From UHGV virus genome UHGV-0010228: a DNA stretch of 64,000 nucleotides; one strand, 5' to 3'. Position 1 is the first letter of the stretch, and each line of letters opens with the position of its first letter. Source of the stretch: a virus. Below are positions 58,170-64,000 of this stretch, in pieces. The position numbers and the translations under genes are program-made. The notes beneath the pieces were generated by a model. The model had not been told where the DNA came from, searched no databases, and saw only the letters and a program-made list of their open reading frames with translations.

Positions 58170-58978
58170 AGGTTTTTGTTCTTTTCTGGATTCTTTGACT
58201 TCTTCTTTGACTTCTTCTTCTTGTCTCTGTCCAGACCTACGGTTTTTAATTTTTTCTTTTTTTTTTCACGCTCAATGCGTTCATCTTCTTCTCTAATCTG
58301 TCTAAGAATTTCTTCTTCTTCAGCTTCGAGATCTCTATTTCTTCTAGCAACTTTGTCTTCTCTCTGCATAGCTGCTAATTCTGATCTAGTTAAAGATGAT
58401 AATCTTTTCATATAATCATCAAATTCATCATCTTCACTATCATCAACCTCCCATATAAAATCTGAAAGAGGTCTTTCCATTATGTCAACATCCTCGTCGT
58501 CATCATAGAAATAATAACCCATAGGATCTCCTTCTTCATCCAGTAAATCTGGATCTTCGAAATCCTCCTCTGGTGCTATATTTTTCCAGTGAGCACGTTT
58601 ATAGAGATGTCTTTTCTTTTCCCCCTTACGAACGTCTTTTAAACCACTGTCGATTCTATCATATTTATGCTTTTTAGCATATCTAATTCTTTCAAGCTTC
58701 TGATTAAGACGCTGAGCCTTTTTAGGATCACGCTTCTTCTTAATCACTTCAGTTGCAATTATGTCATCAGGATCTTCATATTCTTCACTAGTAGATCCAA
58801 AAGGATTTAAACCTCTGAAAATCTTATTGAACCATCCTGATACAAATAAGTATACAGTGCCAATGATTGCACTTAAATTAGCAACGATATTTGCTAATTC
58901 TTTAATGTTATTATTCTTAAAGAAGTTAATAACAGACTTAACAATCAATGCTACAAAATTTGTATTTGCAAATGTCAT
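58148..58978 (-). CDS. Membrane-anchored, highly charged protein. Contains an A10 homopolymer in the coding sequence.
   Basis: TM segment 'IVANLSAIIGTVYLFVSGWF', then E/K/R/D-rich repeats. T10 on the plus strand at 58256-58265 encodes KKK. Confidence 0.55.
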   Translation of the reverse strand: MTFANTNFVALIVKSVINFFKNNNIKELANIVANLSAIIGTVYLFVSGWFNKIFRGLNPFGSTSEEYEDPDDIIATEVIKKKRDPKKAQRLNQKLERIRYAKKHKYDRIDSGLKDVRKGEKKRHLYKRAHWKNIAPEEDFEDPDLLDEEGDPMGYYFYDDDEDVDIMERPLSDFIWEVDDSEDDEFDDYMKRLSSLTRSELAAMQREDKVARRNRDLEAEEEEILRQIREEDERIEREKKKKKLKTVGLDRDKKKKSKKKSKNPEKNKNLWKGVDY

Positions 58979-59150
58979 TTTTCTTTTCTCCTTTCTAATA
59001 TATTAATTATATAATAATCACGGGGCCATCTATTTTAATATATAATCACAAAAATAATATATTTATAAAAAATAAATAATATTCACATATTTTTATAAAT
59101 ATCAATTAAATATAGATTAACAGTGGAATAAATCAAGGGGGTGTTATATA

Positions 59151-60464
59151 ATGTCTAAACTTGAACTGTCTAAAATAAGTAGTAATAGTCCTGCTAGTGG
59201 AGTATTTTTTAATTATTCTACAGATAAATATGGTAAGTCTATTGATTATAGAAATGTAGATAATCGTCTTAATACTATTGGAGTTGATAAAAGTGAACAA
59301 AACACTGATCGTGAAAGCTTGTATTGGGTTGAGCCTAAAGTAATGCCACGCGGACAAAGTAATATAGTATTACAGGCAATGAATGATGGATTTAGAAGTC
59401 CACATGAAGATTATTTTAATTTTAATAGATTTTATAATGTAAATTTAACAGATGGAATACCATCTAATAGACACTATGTTTTTATGTGCCGGCCAGATTT
59501 ATATTTACTTCAATTATATAACCCATCATCACCATCTCAAAGATATGGTTTAAGTAGCGAAAGTAGAGTTGCGGGTGATCCATTATTTAGAAAATTGTGG
59601 TATGAAAATCCTCTATTAATAGAATCGTTAACGGCAGAGTTTGATGTATATAATATAAATAATCAAATCAAAGATTCTATGGTTGCAGTTAATAGATCTG
59701 GGTATGGTAACTCATTGCATGTTGACCCTATGACTGATAAAGCTGGTAACCATTTAACAACACATTCACTATTGCCATTTTTAACAGGAAGGGTTCAATC
59801 AATACAAATTCCTGATTTTGCTATTAAAACATATCAGATGACTCAGCCATATACCAAATACGGATTGCCTATGTCATTAACAGCAATCGAATCAACTACA
59901 GGTGGTTCATTTGATATTACTTTTAGAGAAGATGCACAATATAGTGTAACTAAATTATTCTATGCGTGGGTATATTATATGGATGGAGTTATGAGAAATA
60001 AATTCTCTCCTAAATTAAAATATATGAGATTTAATGCATTAGATTATGCCACATCTATATATGATATAATAGTTGGTGATGATGGCGAAGAGATTGTGTG
60101 GTTTGGTAAATATACAGGTTGCATTCCAACAAATGTACCAGTATCAGATTTAGGATTTAATAAAGGTGGAAGTCCTATTGATTCTGTAAGTATAACATTT
60201 AATTACTTTAATTATGAAGCTATGAATCCTGAGATATTGCTAGATCTTAACTATAATTCATTAGGATATAATTATATGGAGAAATATGGTACTAAAATAT
60301 TTGACGAATCTGACTGTCTATTAGATCATATGAGTACGTATAACCCAGATTTAGTTGGACCTGCGAGTGGTTATGTTGGAAGACCATTTGTGGTATCATA
60401 TCATCCTTTAAGAGAAACTGAAAAGACAAAACATAAACTATGGTGGGCAAGACCAAGTTATTAA
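59151..60464 (+). CDS. Hypothetical protein (437 aa), possibly structural
   Basis: RBS 'aagggggtg'. AACA-N6-TA at 59119-59130. Confidence 0.55.
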   Translation: MSKLELSKISSNSPASGVFFNYSTDKYGKSIDYRNVDNRLNTIGVDKSEQNTDRESLYWVEPKVMPRGQSNIVLQAMNDGFRSPHEDYFNFNRFYNVNLTDGIPSNRHYVFMCRPDLYLLQLYNPSSPSQRYGLSSESRVAGDPLFRKLWYENPLLIESLTAEFDVYNINNQIKDSMVAVNRSGYGNSLHVDPMTDKAGNHLTTHSLLPFLTGRVQSIQIPDFAIKTYQMTQPYTKYGLPMSLTAIESTTGGSFDITFREDAQYSVTKLFYAWVYYMDGVMRNKFSPKLKYMRFNALDYATSIYDIIVGDDGEEIVWFGKYTGCIPTNVPVSDLGFNKGGSPIDSVSITFNYFNYEAMNPEILLDLNYNSLGYNYMEKYGTKIFDESDCLLDHMSTYNPDLVGPASGYVGRPFVVSYHPLRETEKTKHKLWWARPSY

Positions 60465-60510
60465 AATAAGAAAAGAATGAGAGATAACATATGTTATCTC
60501 TCATATTTAA

Positions 60511-61029
60511 TTACTTTCTTGCTTTACCGGCACTAGCCTGTGAATTAATTTCACGATCAATCTTTTCATTGATTGACTTGCCAGACTTAGATTCTAAGTT
60601 AGTTGCTTTTCTCTTAGAATTCATCATAATTCTCTTAGCTTCAGTCTTAGCTCTTGCACCATACTTAGCATTGATCTTACTCTTAGCATCAAGCATAAGA
60701 TCTCTATACTTCTTATACTTAGTAAAGAGAGAATCTCCGGCTTTCTTAGCAAGTGCAATCGCAACTCTACCCTGAATTCTATTAAGATCGGCAGCCTTAG
60801 AATCCTTAATAAGGATTCTTCTAGATGCTTCCATTGCAGAATCTGCATCATCAATTATGCCATATATAGCCATTTCAACTGCAGCATCATTAATCAGATC
60901 GTTAAATTCTTCATCTGTAGAGCAATTCTCTCTAATAGCTGCGAGGACAATTGAAGATTCAGTTGCAGGATCATCAATAGTGAGCTCGTCAATAGACGTT
61001 GGCATGTTTAAGTCAGAAAGAAGTCCCAT
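60511..61029 (-). CDS. Hypothetical protein
   Basis: Preferred start is MGLLSDLNMPT after 'aaaggagg'. The track ORF extends further, to 61071. Confidence 0.5.
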   Translation of the reverse strand: MGLLSDLNMPTSIDELTIDDPATESSIVLAAIRENCSTDEEFNDLINDAAVEMAIYGIIDDADSAMEASRRILIKDSKAADLNRIQGRVAIALAKKAGDSLFTKYKKYRDLMLDAKSKINAKYGARAKTEAKRIMMNSKRKATNLESKSGKSINEKIDREINSQASAGKARK

Positions 61030-61194
61030 TGTATAATTACCTCCTTTTAGGATTTTATTCATATTAAACACTTATTATCATAAATTTATTGTATTTGTTT
61101 ATATTGGTGTTAATTAAATTCCTGCAACTTCGATAATTATAAATAAAAAATATGAAATATATATTATTAAATTGAACTGAGAAGGAGGATTACA

Positions 61195-63219
61195 ATGGAA
61201 GCAAAATTTATTACTCATTGGAAAGATGAAATGAAAAGATCTATTAGATTGAAATATTATGATAAAGAATTATCAGAAGTTAAATTAGATCAATATCTTA
61301 ATAAGATTATTGAAAAAAGAATAAATAATCGGGGTATAGCATTAGTAAATAACTATACTAATACAGTTGCTAAATCTAATATATTATCTATAATCGATAT
61401 TATAGAAGAGAATAATTTAATTACTGCCGCAGGTGGATGCTTATTCTTACAACATGGTGTTAGAAGAAATTTATTATATGAATTTATCCAATATCTAAAG
61501 GCAGAAAGAAATGCCGCTAAAAAAAGACGTAAAAAATATGACAAAGGAACTCTCGAGTGGTTAATGGAAGATATAACTCAGTTAAATGTAAAATTAATCA
61601 TGAATTCTCTATATGGATGCATGGGATATCCGGGATTTATTCTATTCAACTTATTCTTAGCTGAAGCCATTACAAATCAAGGTAGACATATTATTACATC
61701 ATGCACTGCTGCTATTGAAAATTATATGGGTAGCGCATTTAGTTTAACATCTGAAGGCGAAGCCATTACATATATTAATAATATAGATAGAGAATTTTAT
61801 CTTAATGATTATGATAAATTAATTGATACTTCAATATTTGATGATACTAGTAATGTGTATGACTTATGTTATAAGCATATGATTAAGCATTGTCATTTTA
61901 ATATATCTGAATCGTTTAATTATGTTTTACATGATATCATATATAAGATGCCTTTAAAAGAGGTTATTGTCTTATATTATAAGAATAATCTGATCAGATT
62001 TAATAATAATCAATTTATGAAAGATAATATAAAATATATAATCGACAATAATGGTAATCTTGTATTTGGATCGATTGATTATCTTAGTAATGATAAGATG
62101 AAAGAATGTGCTACCCGTTTATTAGATATATATAACATATTCGTTATATATAACTATCCTATATATGATAAAGTAAGAAAAGCAATGTATCAGCCTAAGA
62201 CGAAAACATTGTATACTGATACTGATTCAGTATTTATATCATTTGATGAATTAGTTAGATATACTATGAATATTTACAATAATGAAGCAGCTCCTAATCT
62301 ATCTATAGATGAAACTAAAACTACAGCTGCATTCTTACATTTTATATATGTAGATTTAATGCTAGATATGGCATTGAAGACATTATGTAAGACTAACAAC
62401 ATTGCTGAAGAGCATTCAAAGTTACTAATAATAAAAAATGAATTCTTTTATTCTCGTATAGTTTTCATGAACGCTAAGAAAAGATATATTGCATATGCAT
62501 TATTCCAAGAGGGTCAGTTTATTAAAGATCCTAATGAAGCATTAGATATAAAGGGATTAGATTTTAAGAAAGCATCTACGAATCCATATCTAAAAGAGTT
62601 CTTTACAACTATATCAATGAATGATATCATGTTGGCAGATAATATTAATCCTAGATTATTATTTAAAAAGATGATAGATTTGAAAAAGACTATTGAGGAA
62701 GGTATTCGGCATGGTGATAGACGATTCTTTAAACAGAGTAATTGTAAAACTCTTGATAATTATAAGAATCCATATAGTACCCAGCAAGTTGTGGCTACAA
62801 TATTATGGAATACATTAGTTCCCGAAAGTGCACTGGAGTTACCAGCAGAAGTATATGTAGTTCCTATTAAATCAATGAAGTTTGATAAACCACCTGAAGG
62901 AAAAATGTCATTAAAGACCCCATTAGATTATCCTAATATAAGAAAATTTGCAGAAGATTTTCCGGAAGAATATGAACGACTTCATAGAGAGATATATATG
63001 AATGAGAATATTCTTATTAGGCATATGAGTTTAAACTCTATAGCATTACCTAGAAATAATGATGTTAAAATTCCTGATTATATAGTCTCATTAATAAACT
63101 TTAATCAGATCACAAAAGATGCATTAGCTTTATTCTTACCAGTATTGAATTCAATAGGATTGAAGAGTTTACCAACTACAACGACAGATGAGCATATGAG
63201 TAACATTGTAGAATTATAA
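61195..63219 (+). CDS. Family B DNA polymerase, C-terminal polymerase part (motifs B, KKRY and C). Split gene.
   Basis: 'KLIMNSLYGCMG' is motif B (KxxxNSxYG). 'LYTDTDSVFISF' is motif C (YGDTDS). 'NAKKRYIAYA' is the KKRY motif. There is no motif A (DxxSLYPS) and no Exo I-III. RBS 'gaaggagg'. A plus-oriented 'atatattattaa' motif lies at 61158-61169. Confidence 0.8.
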   Translation: MEAKFITHWKDEMKRSIRLKYYDKELSEVKLDQYLNKIIEKRINNRGIALVNNYTNTVAKSNILSIIDIIEENNLITAAGGCLFLQHGVRRNLLYEFIQYLKAERNAAKKRRKKYDKGTLEWLMEDITQLNVKLIMNSLYGCMGYPGFILFNLFLAEAITNQGRHIITSCTAAIENYMGSAFSLTSEGEAITYINNIDREFYLNDYDKLIDTSIFDDTSNVYDLCYKHMIKHCHFNISESFNYVLHDIIYKMPLKEVIVLYYKNNLIRFNNNQFMKDNIKYIIDNNGNLVFGSIDYLSNDKMKECATRLLDIYNIFVIYNYPIYDKVRKAMYQPKTKTLYTDTDSVFISFDELVRYTMNIYNNEAAPNLSIDETKTTAAFLHFIYVDLMLDMALKTLCKTNNIAEEHSKLLIIKNEFFYSRIVFMNAKKRYIAYALFQEGQFIKDPNEALDIKGLDFKKASTNPYLKEFFTTISMNDIMLADNINPRLLFKKMIDLKKTIEEGIRHGDRRFFKQSNCKTLDNYKNPYSTQQVVATILWNTLVPESALELPAEVYVVPIKSMKFDKPPEGKMSLKTPLDYPNIRKFAEDFPEEYERLHREIYMNENILIRHMSLNSIALPRNNDVKIPDYIVSLINFNQITKDALALFLPVLNSIGLKSLPTTTTDEHMSNIVEL

Positions 63220-63233
63220 AAAAAATAAAGAAT

Positions 63234-63293
63234 GACGATTGGAGTATACGTCAATCTGTGCGCCATTACAGATTTACAAGTACTCCAATCGTC
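63234..63293 (+). other. GC-richer two-tier stem-loop downstream of the polymerase gene
   Basis: 13-bp stem 'gacgattggagta' pairing with 'tactccaatcgtc', and an inner stem 'tctgt' with 'acaga'. No T-run follows. Confidence 0.4.
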
Positions 63294-63427
63294 TAACAAA
63301 TTAGATAATAACTATAAAGAGGGGCGGATATTTATATCCGATAGATATTAACACCTTAATAATATATAGATGAAAAATTAATATATTACGATGAAATAAT
63401 AATAGAGTAGAATGATATCATTCTACT

Positions 63428-64000
63428 CTATTTTATAAACATTGCACTAGTTATTGGTAAAAAGTATTCGCCTTCTGCAGATAAATTCATTACGTATTTA
63501 CTGATTCTATACTGACCATTCACATTTGTCATATTTACTTTAGTATTTGAAATTGATACAGTAAATGTTTTGTTTGGTGTTAATGCAGACATTATAAGTG
63601 AATTGCTATTAAGTGTTAAAATACTCTGATTTTCATTTATTTTTTTAGCAATTTGTGAAGCCGTATTAGCACCACCATTGTAAACATAGGTTACAGTATT
63701 AGAACCGAATTTACCTCCTGTAGTAGTACTAATACTACCAGATGCTGCATCGATTACTTGTATATTACTAACAGTTGTATCATTACTTTTATTCTCAAAT
63801 TTGTATGACCCCTCAGGGATTATTACATTATAAGTCTTATTTTTTCCGTCTATATACATTCCTGATATCGCAGACGTTTTTTCATTATCGCCAGATAGTG
63901 ATAACAGATTAATTGTACGATATTCATTAGTATAATATGCTGTGCATTTAGTCTGTTTATCTATTATATAGCCGCGGTTTAGATCGAAAAATATTATAGT
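63428..64000 (-). CDS. Hypothetical protein, probably 5'-truncated by the window edge
   Basis: The minus-strand frame stays open from 64000 through the track's first Met at 63859. Terminator hairpin at 63396-63421 downstream. Confidence 0.45.
   Translation of the reverse strand, partial: TIIFFDLNRGYIIDKQTKCTAYYTNEYRTINLLSLSGDNEKTSAISGMYIDGKNKTYNVIIPEGSYKFENKSNDTTVSNIQVIDAASGSISTTTGGKFGSNTVTYVYNGGANTASQIAKKINENQSILTLNSNSLIMSALTPNKTFTVSISNTKVNMTNVNGQYRISKYVMNLSAEGEYFLPITSAMFIK

Noticed and set aside
1-64000. Search for tRNA/tmRNA genes and transposase/IS elements.
   Set aside because: No intergenic stretch shows a cloverleaf-compatible GTTCGA/TTCGAAT T-loop with matching acceptor stems. No DDE or serine-recombinase-like ORF was seen. 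None called.

Overview
This 64-kb window reads as a gene-dense, very AT-rich (about 28-30% GC) segment of a jumbo bacteriophage genome, probably one infecting a spore-forming low-GC Firmicute. There are no rRNA or tRNA genes, no CRISPR array and no transposase.

Recognisable genes:
- A highly divergent multisubunit RNA-polymerase beta subunit. Its coding sequence is interrupted by a roughly 0.5-kb ORF-less group I intron (canonical P, Q, R and S core elements at 7168-7527).
- A T4-like two-subunit type II topoisomerase: a GyrB-like large subunit (36651-39071) and a GyrA-like subunit (39082-41556).
- The C-terminal polymerase domain of a family B DNA polymerase with motifs B, KKRY and YTDTDS. 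Motif A and the exonuclease domain are not adjacent, so the polymerase is split.
- A GroEL-like phage chaperonin inside a late operon.
- A SpoIIID-like sporulation transcription factor.
- A class-I holin, two paralogous tail-fibre-like proteins, two tandem lipoproteins, a 1469-aa protein carrying two PQQ/WD-like beta-propellers, and two paralogous HNH/His-Me-finger-like proteins.

This gene set, plus the two promoter-like motif families, resembles what I recall of AR9/PBS1-like and phiKZ-like jumbo phages. Identity cannot be confirmed without a database search.

Regulatory architecture is visible directly in the sequence:
- A 'TGATATATTATTAAAGTG'-like motif sits upstream of about 9 minus-strand genes and is a candidate early promoter.
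- 'AACA-N6-TW' is enriched upstream of plus-strand genes and is a candidate late promoter.
- There are many rho-independent terminators, several of them bidirectional between convergent genes.
- A roughly 90-bp terminator/promoter/leader module occurs three times. Two copies precede GC-richer, moron-like minus-strand genes inserted into plus-strand gene blocks.
- A 500-bp non-coding region (9993-10493) holds a 38-bp perfect palindrome and about 8 'TATATAAATA' iterons.

All functional calls rest on motif recognition by eye and need HHpred/BLAST confirmation.
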